A program made the position numbers and the translations under genes. From contig CAVQJC010000011.1 in assembly GCA_963712745.1 (NCBI GenBank), positions 337,241 through 401,240 on the forward strand: a stretch of DNA of 64,000 nt. The letters are read 5' to 3'. The DNA comes from an uncultured Chloroflexia bacterium (GTDB taxonomy: Bacteria; Chloroflexota; Limnocylindria; Limnocylindrales; CSP1-4). A model generated the notes under the pieces. The model ran no database searches, was not told the origin of the DNA, and worked only from the letters and a program-made list of their open reading frames with translations. Shown piece after piece: positions 8,839-19,052 of the stretch (positions are counted from its first letter, which is position 1; the number at the start of each line of letters is the position of its first letter).

Positions 8839-10552
8839 CGCTAGAACAGGCCGACCGGGCGTCCCTGCTCGTCGATGTCGACGTTCTCACCGGCAGGACG
8901 GCTGGGCAGGCCCGGCATCGTGCGCATGTCGCCCGCGAGCGGGTAGATGAAGCCCGCGCCCGCGGCCAGCTTGACCTCGCGGATGGGCACCCGGAAGCCG
9001 GACGGCCGGCCCAGCAGCGCCGGATCGTGCGACATCGAGAGGTGGGTCTTGGCCATGCACACCGGCAGGTGGCTGTAGCCCAGCCGGTCGTACTCGGCCA
9101 GGGCCTTGGCCGCGGCCGGCGCGAGGTCGATGCCGTCGGCCCCATAGACCTTCGTGGCGATGGTCTCGATCTTCTCGAGCAGCGGCATCGCGTCGGGGTA
9201 GAGCAGCCTGAACTCGGACGGCTCGGACGCCGCCTCCCACACCGCCGCGGCCAGCGCTTCTGACCCGGCCCCGCCGTCGGCCCAGTGGGTGGTCACGACC
9301 GCATCGCGGGCGCCGGCTGCCAGCGCCACCTCGCGGATGACCTCGAACTCCGAGGCGGCGTCACCCGGGAAGGCGTTGATGGCCACCACCACCGGCACGC
9401 CGTACTGGCGCACCAGCTCGATCTGGGCGGCGAGGTTCTGGCCACCCGCGCGCACCGCCTCGGGGTCCTCCGCCAGCAGCGCCGGGTCGAGCGGCTTGCC
9501 GGCCACGATGCGACCCACGCCACCGTGCATCTTCAGGGCCCGCACCGTGGCCACCACCACCGCGGCATCGGGCGCCATGCCCGAGGCGCGGCACTTGATG
9601 TCGAAGAACTTCTCTGCCCCCATGTCCGCGCCGAAGCCGGCCTCGGTGACGACGATGTCGCTGGTCGCCAGGGCGACCCGGTCGGCGAGGATGGAGCTGT
9701 TGCCATGGGCGATGTTGGCGAAGGGCCCGGCATGGACGAAGGCCGGCCCGCCCTCGAGGGTCTGCAGCAGGTTGGGCTTGATGGCATCGAGCAGGAGCAC
9801 GGTCATGGCCCCGGCCACGCCCAGGTCCTCGGTCGTGACCGCTTTCCCCGACCGGTCGGTGGCGAGCACGATGCGACCCAGCCGCGCGCGCAGGTCGAAG
9901 ACGTCGGTGGCGAGGGCCAGGATGGCCATGACCTCGCTGGCCACGGTGATGACGAACTCGCTCTCGCGCGGCACCCCGTTGACCTTGCCGCCGAGGCCGA
10001 TGTTGACCTTGCGCAGGGCGCGGTCGCTGATGTCGACCACCCGCGGCCAGGTGATCGAATAGGGGTCGATGTCGAGCGGATCGCCATGGTGGAGGCTGTT
10101 GTCGAGGAAGGCGCTCGCGAGGTTGTGCGCGGCGCCGATGGCGTGCACGTCACCGGTGAGGTGGAGGTTGAAGTCCTCCATGGGGATGATCTGCGAATAG
10201 CCGCCGCCGGCGGCCCCGCCCTTGATGCCGAAGACCGGGCCCAGCGAGGGCTGGCGGATGGCGACCGCGGCCGTGTGGCCGATGCGGTTGAGACCCTGCA
10301 CCACACCGACGGTGGTGGTGGTCTTGCCCTCGCCCAGCGGGGTCGGCGTGATGGCGGTCATGACCACGTACCGGCCGCGCGGGTTCTCGCGCTCGACACG
10401 TCTGAGCCCCTCGAGCGTGACCTTGGCCTTGGTCGCGCCGTAGGGTTCGATCTCATCGGGCCGCAGCCCGAGCTCGGCAGCGATGTCGGTGATGGGCCGG
10501 GGGGTGACCGAGCGGGCGATGTCGAGGTCGGTCAGGGCGGTCATGGATGGTC
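8839..10552. repeat. 1714-bp direct repeat, copy 1 (partner 38698-40411)
   Basis: Identical proteins and identical alternative-frame ORFs in the track. No mismatch found by eye, and the flanks diverge at 8838/38697 and 10553/40412. Confidence 0.92.
8841..10544 (-). CDS. fhs: Formate-tetrahydrofolate ligase (copy 1)
   Basis: TPTPLGEGKTT, GIKGGAAGGGYSQ, HAGPFANIAHG, TEAGFGADMGAEKF and MRTMPGL motifs. Confidence 0.97.
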   Translation of the reverse strand: MTALTDLDIARSVTPRPITDIAAELGLRPDEIEPYGATKAKVTLEGLRRVERENPRGRYVVMTAITPTPLGEGKTTTTVGVVQGLNRIGHTAAVAIRQPSLGPVFGIKGGAAGGGYSQIIPMEDFNLHLTGDVHAIGAAHNLASAFLDNSLHHGDPLDIDPYSITWPRVVDISDRALRKVNIGLGGKVNGVPRESEFVITVASEVMAILALATDVFDLRARLGRIVLATDRSGKAVTTEDLGVAGAMTVLLLDAIKPNLLQTLEGGPAFVHAGPFANIAHGNSSILADRVALATSDIVVTEAGFGADMGAEKFFDIKCRASGMAPDAAVVVATVRALKMHGGVGRIVAGKPLDPALLAEDPEAVRAGGQNLAAQIELVRQYGVPVVVAINAFPGDAASEFEVIREVALAAGARDAVVTTHWADGGAGSEALAAAVWEAASEPSEFRLLYPDAMPLLEKIETIATKVYGADGIDLAPAAAKALAEYDRLGYSHLPVCMAKTHLSMSHDPALLGRPSGFRVPIREVKLAAGAGFIYPLAGDMRTMPGLPSRPAGENVDIDEQGRPVGLF

Positions 10553-10581
10553 GTCCTCCTCGTCGTGTGATGGCGCCGGGC

Positions 10582-13374
10582 CTATGGGCCCGTCACCTTC
10601 GTGCTCACCGGCTTGTCATCACCATCGAGCTCGGCGGTGACGGACTCTGGCGGAGCAGCCGCCTTGGTGACCCGGGCAGCACACACCTTGTACTCCGCGG
10701 TCCGGGTGACGTCGTCGAAGACGTCGTTCGTGATGCGGTTCGTGGGCTGGTCGACGAAGTGGAATGGCATCCACAGCGCTCCGGGTCGGGTGCGTCGACC
10801 GACCTTGGCCCGCACTGTCACCTCCCCGCGGCGGGTCGCCACGGTGACGGCGTCAGCATCGGCCACGCCCAGCTCGGCGGCGTCATGCTCGTGCATCTCG
10901 ACGAAGTTGCGACGCTGCTTCTGGCGGATCGCTCCTACCTTCTGAGTCATGTTCCCGATGTTGTAGTTGTAGAGCGTCCGCCCGGTGGAGAGGATGTATG
11001 GGTACTCGTCGTCAGGCAGCTCCGCCGCGGGCCGGAAGCCGATCTCGTGGAATGCTCCGAGGCCCCGGGTGAAGGTGCCTTCATGGAGGAACGGTGTCCC
11101 GGCATGGTCGGCGGTCGGGCAGGGCCACTGCAGGCCGACCTCGTCGATGCGCTCGTAGCTCATGCCGGCGTAGCTCGGGGTCAAGCTCGCCATCTCATCG
11201 AAGATCTCGCCGGCGTGCCCGTATGACATGGGGTAGCCCATCGCCGTCGACATGAGGCAGAGGATCTCCCAGTCCGGCTTCGCCTGGCCCGGCGGGTCGA
11301 CGGCCTTGCGTACCCGCTGCACCCGCCGCTCGGTGTTGGTGAACGTCCCGTCCTTCTCGGCGAAGCTGGTCGCCGGGAAGACCACATCAGCCAACTTCGC
11401 GGTCTCGGTCATGAAGATCTCCTGGCACACCAGGAAGTCCAGTCTCTCGAGGTCGGCGATGACCTTCGCCTGATTGGGCTCCGACAGCACGGGATCCTCG
11501 CCGAACACGTAGAAGCCTCGCAGCACACCGTCGCCTGCGGCCTCGATGAAGTCAGGGATGCGGCCGCCTCTGTTGGTGGGAATCTCCACGCCCCACGCCT
11601 CTGCGAACTTGAGCCGCGCCACCTCGTCGGTGACCTTCTGGTAGCCGGGGAAGTCGCCGTGCATGGCGCCCATGTCACAGCCGCCCTGCACGTTGTTCTG
11701 CCCTCGCAGCGGGTTCACGCCGCTGGAAGGCTTGCCGATCTGGCCACACAGCATCGCTAGGTTCGCCAGGTTCTGCACGTTCTCGGTGCCGCAGGTGTGC
11801 TCGGTGATGCCGAGCGTGTAGAAGATGGCCGAGGGCTGTCCTTGTGCGTACGTCTCGGCGGCCCGCCTGATCAGATCGGCATCGACGTCGCACACCCTGG
11901 CCGCCTGCTCGACGCTATAGCCGTCGAGGTTGCCGCGGAAGGCGTCGAAGCCCTCGCAGCGGGACGCGATGAACTCGACGTCGTGCAGGCCCCGGTCGAG
12001 GATGTGGCGCATCATCGCGTTGACCAGCATGTTGTCGGTGCCGGGCTTGTGCTGGATGTGGATGGCGGCGTGCTCGGCCACCCAGGTGCGGCGCGGGTCA
12101 CACACGATCATCTTCGCCCCGCGCTTGAGTGCCTTCTTCATCTCGAGACCGATGATGGGATGCGCCTCGGTCGGATTCGACCCGATGATGAGCATCGTGT
12201 CGACATCCTTGATCTCGCCGATGGGATTGGTCATCGCCCCCGACCCGAACGAGCTGGCCAGCCCGGCCACGGACGGGGCGTGGCAGGTGGTGGCGCATTG
12301 GTCGACGTTGTTGGTAGCGCCGGCGGATCGGGCCATCTTCTGCAGGAGGTAGTTCTCCTCGTTGGTGCAGCGGCACGAGCTGAGGAAGGCCACGGCGTCC
12401 GGGCCATGTTCCCGGCGGATCTCCCGCAGCCGCCGGCCCGCCAGCTTCAGTGCCTCATCCCAGCTCGCTTCACGGAACTCACCGTTCTCCTTGATGAGCG
12501 GCGTCGTCAGCCGCTCGGGTGAGTGGATGTATTCGAACCCGAACTTGCCCTTGACGCATAGGTTGCCGTCGTTGGGCACACAGCCGACCGGGGAGGTCAC
12601 CCGCACGACACGGTTGGCCGACCTGTCGACATTCAGGTCCAGGACGCAGCCGACGCCACAGTACGGGCAGACCGTGCGAACCGACTCGAGGTCCTTGCAC
12701 TGACCCTTGCCCAGCGCTGCCCGCTCGTACATGGCCCCGGTCGGGCAGGTCGAGATGCACATGCCGCAGAGCACGCACGAGGTGTCATTCAAGGCCATGT
12801 CGAACGGCGTAGTCACCGCCGCCTGCGCGGCTCTCTGCGTGAACGTCAGCGCGCTGGCCATCACCACCTCGTCACAGATGCGCACGCAGCGGCCGCAAGT
12901 GATGCACAGCTGAGGGTCGAAGGCGATGGCTTCGTTGCCGGTGGTGAAGTTCGGGACGGCCGGATCTGGCTGGTACGATCCGAATGCGAACTGGTCGACC
13001 CCGTAGCGGTACGCGTAGTCCATCAGGGCGCACTCGCCGTTCTTGTCACACGTGGGGCAGCTGACCCGGTGGTCGCCGAGTATCAGCTCCAGCACCGACT
13101 CGCGCATCGACGCCAGTTCGTCGCTCTCGGTGCGAATGACCATGCCCTCCTCGATCTGGGTGGTACATGCCGTCGGCAGGCCGGGGTGACCATCGACCTC
13201 CACGATGCACAGCCGGCACGCCCCCACCGGCTTCAGTCGGGGATCGAAGCACAGGCGGGGTACGTCGATGCCGGCCGCAAGGGCGGCTTCCAGCACCGTC
13301 TCGCCTTCGGCGGCAGAGACCGGCTGGCCGTCGATGGTGAGGGTCACCGTACCCGGCGCTGTCGCTACGGCCAT
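10582..13374 (-). CDS. fdhA: Formate dehydrogenase alpha subunit (Mo/W-bisPGD, Cys form, N-terminal Fe-S domains)
   Basis: 2Fe-2S (GACRLC), HxxxCxxC, two 4Fe-4S motifs, CPYCGVGC, active-site CATTCHAPS, PLRGQNNVQG and FTNTERR. Confidence 0.93.
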   Translation of the reverse strand: MAVATAPGTVTLTIDGQPVSAAEGETVLEAALAAGIDVPRLCFDPRLKPVGACRLCIVEVDGHPGLPTACTTQIEEGMVIRTESDELASMRESVLELILGDHRVSCPTCDKNGECALMDYAYRYGVDQFAFGSYQPDPAVPNFTTGNEAIAFDPQLCITCGRCVRICDEVVMASALTFTQRAAQAAVTTPFDMALNDTSCVLCGMCISTCPTGAMYERAALGKGQCKDLESVRTVCPYCGVGCVLDLNVDRSANRVVRVTSPVGCVPNDGNLCVKGKFGFEYIHSPERLTTPLIKENGEFREASWDEALKLAGRRLREIRREHGPDAVAFLSSCRCTNEENYLLQKMARSAGATNNVDQCATTCHAPSVAGLASSFGSGAMTNPIGEIKDVDTMLIIGSNPTEAHPIIGLEMKKALKRGAKMIVCDPRRTWVAEHAAIHIQHKPGTDNMLVNAMMRHILDRGLHDVEFIASRCEGFDAFRGNLDGYSVEQAARVCDVDADLIRRAAETYAQGQPSAIFYTLGITEHTCGTENVQNLANLAMLCGQIGKPSSGVNPLRGQNNVQGGCDMGAMHGDFPGYQKVTDEVARLKFAEAWGVEIPTNRGGRIPDFIEAAGDGVLRGFYVFGEDPVLSEPNQAKVIADLERLDFLVCQEIFMTETAKLADVVFPATSFAEKDGTFTNTERRVQRVRKAVDPPGQAKPDWEILCLMSTAMGYPMSYGHAGEIFDEMASLTPSYAGMSYERIDEVGLQWPCPTADHAGTPFLHEGTFTRGLGAFHEIGFRPAAELPDDEYPYILSTGRTLYNYNIGNMTQKVGAIRQKQRRNFVEMHEHDAAELGVADADAVTVATRRGEVTVRAKVGRRTRPGALWMPFHFVDQPTNRITNDVFDDVTRTAEYKVCAARVTKAAAPPESVTAELDGDDKPVSTKVTGP

Positions 13375-15075
13375 CTATGCCTGACCTCCCGCCAGCGCAG
13401 GCTCGCGCGGACCCAGCGCCTTGCAGACCCCAGCCGGACAGGTCCCCTCGACCACGTGCGCCAGGTATTCGTCGCGGAAGTGGCGCAGCGTAGAGAGCAC
13501 CGGGTTGGGCGCGGTCTGCCCCAGGCCGCACAGTGACGTGCGGCGTACCACGTCGCTGAGCTGTTCCAGCCTGTCCAGGTCGGCGGCCGTGCCCTCGCCA
13601 CCGCAGATGCGGTCGAGGATCTCCTGCAGTCGCACCGTACCCAATCGACACGGCGCGCAAAGCCCACAGCTCTCGGCAGCGCAGAAGCTGATGAAGTAGC
13701 GGGCGATGTCCACGATGCAGGTCGTGTCGTCCATCACGATCATGCCGCCGGATCCCATGATCGCCCCGACCTCGCGCAGCGAGTCGTAGTCGATGGGCAG
13801 GTCGAGATGGGCTGCCGGCACGCAGCCGCCTGAGGGCCCGCCCATCTGCACCGCCTTGAACTCCCGGTCGCGGGGCAGGCCGCCACCGACCCCGAACACG
13901 ATGTCGCGGATCGTCGCCCCCATCGGCACCTCCACCAGGCCGGTGTTCTTCACCTGGCCCGCGAGGGCGAAGATCTTGGTGCCCTTCGACCCTTGCGTCC
14001 CGCGCTCGGCGAAGGCGGCGCCGCCTTCGGCCACGATCAGCGGGATGTTCGCGAACGTCTCGACGTTGTTGATGATCGTCGGCTGGCCCAGGTAGCCCCT
14101 CGCTGCGGGGTACGGCGGCTTGGGTCGGGCGATGCCTCGATGTCCCTCCAGCGAGGCGATCATGGCAGTCTCCTCACCGCACACGAACGCCCCGGCGCCC
14201 TCACGCACCTCGATGTCCAGCGAGAACCCACTGCCCAGGATGTCGTCGCCCAGCAGACCCCATTCTCTCGCCTGGTCGATGGCCAGCCGCACGTGATGCA
14301 CGGCGATGGGATACTCGGCCCGGACGTAGATGAAGCCCCTGGTGGCCCCGACTGCGAAGGCGGCGATGATCATGCCCTCGATGACGCTGTGCGGGTCGCC
14401 CTCCAGCAGGGCCCGATCCATGAAGGCGCCCGGGTCACCCTCGTCGGCGTTGCAGATGAGGTACCGATCCCCGGCGAAGAAGCGCTTGCAGATCTCCCAC
14501 TTGAGCCCGGTCGGGAAGCCACCACCACCGCGGCCGCGGATGGCGCTCGCCTTCACCTCCTCGACGACCTCATCGGGCTGCATATCGAGGAAGGCCTTGG
14601 CGGCTGCCTGGTAGACGTCGCGCCCGATGGCGTCTTCGATGCGCTGCGGATCGACCCGGCCGACGTTGCGCAGCACCCGCTTGGTCTGGTGCTGGTAGAA
14701 GGGGATGTCATGCATGTGCGCCATGGTCTCGTCGCGCTCGTAGCACAAGCGGGCGACGACCTCGCCTTTCTGCACGGTCTGGGAGATGACGTCGGGCACG
14801 AACTTCACCCGGTTGCGGCCGTAGAGGACATCGCCGGGTTCGATGACGGCTACTGGGGCCATGGCGCACAGGCCGTGGCAGCCAGTGGCGACGATGTCGA
14901 CCTCCTCTTCAAGGCCGGCGAGAGCGACCTCCTCTCGGAACGCCGCCTCGATCTCCCGGGCTCCGATGGCGAGGCATCCGGTGGAGCACACCAGCACCCG
15001 CTTCCTTCCCTCCGCGGCAGCGACCAGCCTGTCGCGGAGCGCGGTCAGCTCGTCCGAAGACCCGATCCTGGTCAT
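13375..15075 (-). CDS. NuoF/HydB-like FMN/NADH-binding subunit of the FDH complex
   Basis: RGRGGGGFPTG, NADEGDPGAFMDR, GAGAFVCGEETA, GGPSGG and ESCGLCAPCR. ATG 15075 overlaps the upstream stop (ATGA). Confidence 0.92.
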   Translation of the reverse strand: MTRIGSSDELTALRDRLVAAAEGRKRVLVCSTGCLAIGAREIEAAFREEVALAGLEEEVDIVATGCHGLCAMAPVAVIEPGDVLYGRNRVKFVPDVISQTVQKGEVVARLCYERDETMAHMHDIPFYQHQTKRVLRNVGRVDPQRIEDAIGRDVYQAAAKAFLDMQPDEVVEEVKASAIRGRGGGGFPTGLKWEICKRFFAGDRYLICNADEGDPGAFMDRALLEGDPHSVIEGMIIAAFAVGATRGFIYVRAEYPIAVHHVRLAIDQAREWGLLGDDILGSGFSLDIEVREGAGAFVCGEETAMIASLEGHRGIARPKPPYPAARGYLGQPTIINNVETFANIPLIVAEGGAAFAERGTQGSKGTKIFALAGQVKNTGLVEVPMGATIRDIVFGVGGGLPRDREFKAVQMGGPSGGCVPAAHLDLPIDYDSLREVGAIMGSGGMIVMDDTTCIVDIARYFISFCAAESCGLCAPCRLGTVRLQEILDRICGGEGTAADLDRLEQLSDVVRRTSLCGLGQTAPNPVLSTLRHFRDEYLAHVVEGTCPAGVCKALGPREPALAGGQA

Positions 15076-15554
15076 CGGTACCGCTCCAGGATCCCCGTGA
15101 CCTTGTCCGCGGTCACGCTGCCGAAGTAGTCGTGGCCGATCATCACTACCGGCGCCAGGAAGCATGTGCCCAGGCAGGCCACGGTCTCGATGCCGTAGCG
15201 GCCATCTTCGGTGATCTCCCCTTCGTGGATGCCAAGGCGAGACTCCACGGCATCCTGGATCGCTTGGCGGCCCCGCACGTGGCAAGCCGTACCACGGCAC
15301 ACCCGGACGGTATTGCGGGCGTGTGGCTCGAGATAGAACTGCGCGTAGAAGGTCGCGACCCCGTACAGATGGCTGAGTGGGACACCCGCAACGGCGCTCG
15401 CCTCGAGCAGCACCTCTTCCGGCAAATAGCCGTAGGTGCCCTGGATCGCCTGGAGCAGCGGTACGACGTGCCCATGACCGATGGGCGCCATCTCATCGAG
15501 GACGCGCCGTGCCGGAGCCAGGTCTACCGTGTCGGCGACCGAAGATCCGACCAT
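15072..15554 (-). CDS. NuoE/HydC-like [2Fe-2S] subunit
   Basis: GVATFYAQF, CRGTACHVRG and ACLGTC. Start uncertain. Confidence 0.9.
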   Translation of the reverse strand: MVGSSVADTVDLAPARRVLDEMAPIGHGHVVPLLQAIQGTYGYLPEEVLLEASAVAGVPLSHLYGVATFYAQFYLEPHARNTVRVCRGTACHVRGRQAIQDAVESRLGIHEGEITEDGRYGIETVACLGTCFLAPVVMIGHDYFGSVTADKVTGILERYR

Positions 15555-15869
15555 CGAGGGGCAGCGTATCTCGAGGCTCTGACCTCGGGGCGTGGCAAAG
15601 GTCCCGAGTCCTCGGGATATGAGGCACCATTCCGCTCGTAGCGTCTGGGAACCAGGGCTGGATGGGACGCTCCGGTCGACCATCGCGTGGACCCGTCGGA
15701 GGTCGACGCCCGCTGCCCGTCGCCACACGAGGGGCAGGTTCGACCGTCGCGCGAGGTGGGCCGAACGGCCCTGCGATTCGGGCCCGCGCAGCCTAGCCAG
15801 CCTAACCGTTTGCCTGACACTCTGGGTCGACAAGCCTTCTGATCAGCGCTCTGCACGAGGTAGGCTCGG

Positions 15870-16235
15870 ATGGGGTCGTCGACTGAGGCGTCGATGCTCG
15901 CTGCGCTCGAGCAGGCCGAGATGGCCGCTCGCGAGCGCCGGCTTGCCGCGTCCAGTGAGGCGGAGGCGGTCCTGTCCGCAGCGCAGGCGCGTGCGTCTGA
16001 GATCGGCGCGAGCGCGGGTCGACGTGTGGACGATGCCCTGGCCGACTTACGCCACTCGGCGGAAGCTGCGGCTGACGCGGCGATCGTGGATCTCGAACGG
16101 GTCGCGGCCAAGCGTGCAGGTGCGAGCACGAGCCGCGCACGGGACGATCGGGTCGTCGGGAGCGCTGTGGCCATGGTCGTCGCCCGCGTCCTTGGCGAAT
16201 TGTCCTCCGACCCCGACGACGGGGATCGAGCCTGA
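15870..16235 (+). CDS. A/V-type ATP synthase peripheral stalk subunit H/G-like
   Basis: Ala/Glu/Arg-rich helical ORF at the head of the ATPase operon; its stop overlaps the subunit I start. Confidence 0.6.
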   Translation: MGSSTEASMLAALEQAEMAARERRLAASSEAEAVLSAAQARASEIGASAGRRVDDALADLRHSAEAAADAAIVDLERVAAKRAGASTSRARDDRVVGSAVAMVVARVLGELSSDPDDGDRA

Positions 16236-18185
16236 TGCTCGTCCCCATGCGCCGCGTCGAGATCGTCGTCCCGCGCTCGACCGCGAGCGCCGCGCTGAAG
16301 CTGATACACCGCGCGGGCGCTGTGCACCTCGAGACCTTCGACCAGCTGGACGGGGCGCACCCAGGTATGTTCGTCATCCCGCACCTCGAAGACGGCAGCG
16401 AGGCATCCATCGAAGGCGACGGTCGCTTCAAGGAGCCGCTCGAGGAGGTCGCCAGACTGGGTGCGCTCATCGGCACCGTACCGGTGGGCCGTGATCGACT
16501 CGAGGTGGCGTGGGCGCTCGATGACGAGGCCCTGATCGCGGCCGCCGACCGATTGCGGCCCGTCCAGTCAGCGGCGGACAGGCTTACCGGCGAGCGAGTC
16601 CGTGCCGTCGCCGACCTCGAACGGATCGATTCCTACCGCCATATCATCGATGGCCTCTCGGGTGCCGTGGGCCACCTGCCGAGGCTCCGCGGCTACGCCG
16701 CGACCGGAATCATCGTGAGCACGCGACACCGCGCGCTCGTGGGGCTCATCAGCGAGGAGCTCGAAGCCATCACCGACGGTCGCTGCGAGGTCGATCTCGG
16801 CCGACCTCCTGGACCAGCGCACCGCCGCCGTCCTGCTCTATCCGGCTGCCAGGGCCGGTGAGGTCTCCGATGTCCTGGGCGGGCGGGAACTCGAGGAGGT
16901 CAGCCTGCCGGCCGATCTCCAGGGTGTGCCCTTCGACGAGCTAGGGCCCCGGATGGCGGTCGAGGTCGAGCGGCTCCGGGCGCTCATCGCCAAGCTCGAG
17001 GACCAGTTCGAGCATCTCGCGATCGAGCACCGGACCAACGTGTCGGCGCTGCGACTCGTCCTCAGTGACCGTGTGGCCGAGCACCACGAGCTGCACCGTG
17101 CCACGCACTCGGACCATCTCACCGTGTTCACCGGCTGGGTACCGGCCGCCGAGCTCGACGACCTCAGGAGGGAGCTGGCCGACGGCCTCGGGGAGCGCAT
17201 CCTCGTCATCGACCACGGGAAGGCGTCGGCGCCCGGGCAGGAACCGCCGGTGGCCGTCACCAACGGACCCATCTCACGAGCGTTCGAGCCGCTCTCGCGT
17301 TTCGCGGCCGTGCCGCGCTACGGGACCATCGACCCGACGCCGCTGCTGGCGCTGACCTTCCCGGCCTTCGTGGGCCTGATGATCGGCGACGCCGGCTACG
17401 GCCTGGTCATGCTGGCGCTCCTCGTCATCTTCCGGAGGCGCATGATGCGCTCACCACTGCTGCGCAAGGTCTGGCCCATCGGCCTCACGATGGCCCTCTC
17501 GACGATCTTCTTCGGTGTGCTCTTCGCAGAGGCCTTCGGCGAGACCGCCCGTCACGTCCTGCACGTCGAGCCCATCCTCTTCGACCGCGCCGAGCCCGAG
17601 TCGGCGATCATCATCATGCTCGTGATCGCCATCACCATCGGATTCGTCCAGGTCGGGCTGGGATTGGCGCTGGGCGTATGGAACGCCGCCCAGGTGGATC
17701 ACCGGCGTGAGGCTGTCGGGCGCGCGTCGCTCCTGCTCGGGCTCGTGACGGTCGTCATCATGATCGCCGCGACCGCCGGGCTCCTGCCGGGCGAGGTGAT
17801 CTTGATCGCCGTCGCAGCGCTCGTCGCCGCGGTCGTGATCGCGGGGCTGTCGATGGGTATCGCCGGGCCCGTCGAGATGCTGGGCGTCATGGGCAACGTG
17901 CTCTCGTACGCGCGGTTGATGGCCGTCGCCTTCGCGGGGGTCATGCTCGCGCTCGTTGCCGACGAGCTGGGTAGCCTCATGCCCAGCCTCATCTTCGGGA
18001 TCCTCGTGGCCATCGTGCTGCACTCGCTCAACCTGGCTCTGGGCGTCTTCGACGCCTCCGTCCAGGGGCTGCGACTGCACCTCGTCGAGTTCTTCACCAA
18101 GTTCGTCGAGCCGGGGGGTACGCCGTACGCGCCCTTCACCTCGGCGCTCGGAGTGAGCCATAGCGCTCAGGTAGATGGGAGGTAG
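16235..18185 (+). CDS. ntpI: A/V-type ATP synthase subunit I (a), with a +1 frameshift at ~16793
   Basis: MLVPMRRVEI N-terminus, GWVP, PRYGTIDPT, GLMIGDAGYG, NVLSYARLMA and LRLHLVEFFTKF. Removing G16793 joins the two ORFs. Confidence 0.88.
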
Positions 18186-18197
18186 CCAGAATGCTGG

Positions 18198-18410
18198 ATG
18201 AAGGAGCTGCACGAATCGATCGGCGCGGCACTCGCGATCGGGCTGAGCGCGCTGGGAACAGCCTGGGCTCAGGCCCGCATCGGCGCGGCCGGAGCCGGGG
18301 TATTGGCCGAGAAGCCGGAGATGCTCAATAGCATCTTCCTGATCCTGGTGTTGCCGGAGACGATCGTCATCCTCGGCTTCGTCGTGGCCGCCATGATCCT
18401 GCTCCTGTGA
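18198..18410 (+). CDS. ntpK: A/V-type ATP synthase proteolipid subunit K (c), single hairpin
   Basis: 70 aa with two hydrophobic helices, AQARIG and PETIV. Confidence 0.92.
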   Translation: MKELHESIGAALAIGLSALGTAWAQARIGAAGAGVLAEKPEMLNSIFLILVLPETIVILGFVVAAMILLL

Positions 18411-18413
18411 CAG

Positions 18414-19049
18414 GTGGTCGAGGACATCCTGATGGGGGTCGAAGGGATCATCGCGATCATCGAGCGTGAGGCAGACCAGGAAGCGAAACGGATCGTCGCG
18501 GACGCTGAGCGTCAGGCAGGCGAGATGATCGCCGGCGCTGAAGCCGAGGTGCAGGCCCAGGTCGAGGCGGCCATCGAGCGTCTTGGACCAGAGATCCGCG
18601 CCGCGTCCCAGCGCCGCATCAACGCCGTGCGCCTGCGCATCCTGGAGGATCGCGCGCGCGGCGACGCGGCCCGATTGACCGCGGTTTTCGACGCCGCGGA
18701 GGAGCAGGTCACGGCGATCGCGGGTGGGGCCGAACCAGCGCGCTGGTCATCCGCGCTGTCAGCGCTGTGCGTCGAATCGCTGCGCTCGATCGGCGAAGGT
18801 GCCTCGGTGAAGGTGCGCGCCCGAGACATCGATGTGGTCTCGAGCGTAGCCGCTACCTGGCACGCCGACGTCATGGCTCTCCCTGATGGCGACGAGCCGG
18901 GTCTCGTGGTCAGCTCGAGCGACGGTCGTATCGAGGTGGACGCGCGCCTGTCGGTCCGGCTGGGTCGGGCGCGGTCGCTGCTGGCCGAAGCGGTCGCGCA
19001 GCTGCTGCGCCTCGAGGTGGCGGACCAGGAGCAGGCATCGGCGGGGTAG
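18414..19049 (+). CDS. ntpE: A/V-type ATP synthase subunit E
   Basis: N-terminal coiled coil, GLVVSSSDGRIEVD and operon position. Start may be ATG 18432. Confidence 0.8.
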   Translation: MVEDILMGVEGIIAIIEREADQEAKRIVADAERQAGEMIAGAEAEVQAQVEAAIERLGPEIRAASQRRINAVRLRILEDRARGDAARLTAVFDAAEEQVTAIAGGAEPARWSSALSALCVESLRSIGEGASVKVRARDIDVVSSVAATWHADVMALPDGDEPGLVVSSSDGRIEVDARLSVRLGRARSLLAEAVAQLLRLEVADQEQASAG

Positions 19050-19052
19050 ACG

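Noticed and set aside
12270-12300. Selenocysteine in FdhA
   Set aside because: The active-site codon is Cys (CATTCH) and there is no in-frame TGA.
13375-15554. nuoE/nuoF as part of respiratory complex I
   Set aside because: No other nuo genes are present and both are coupled directly to fdhA.
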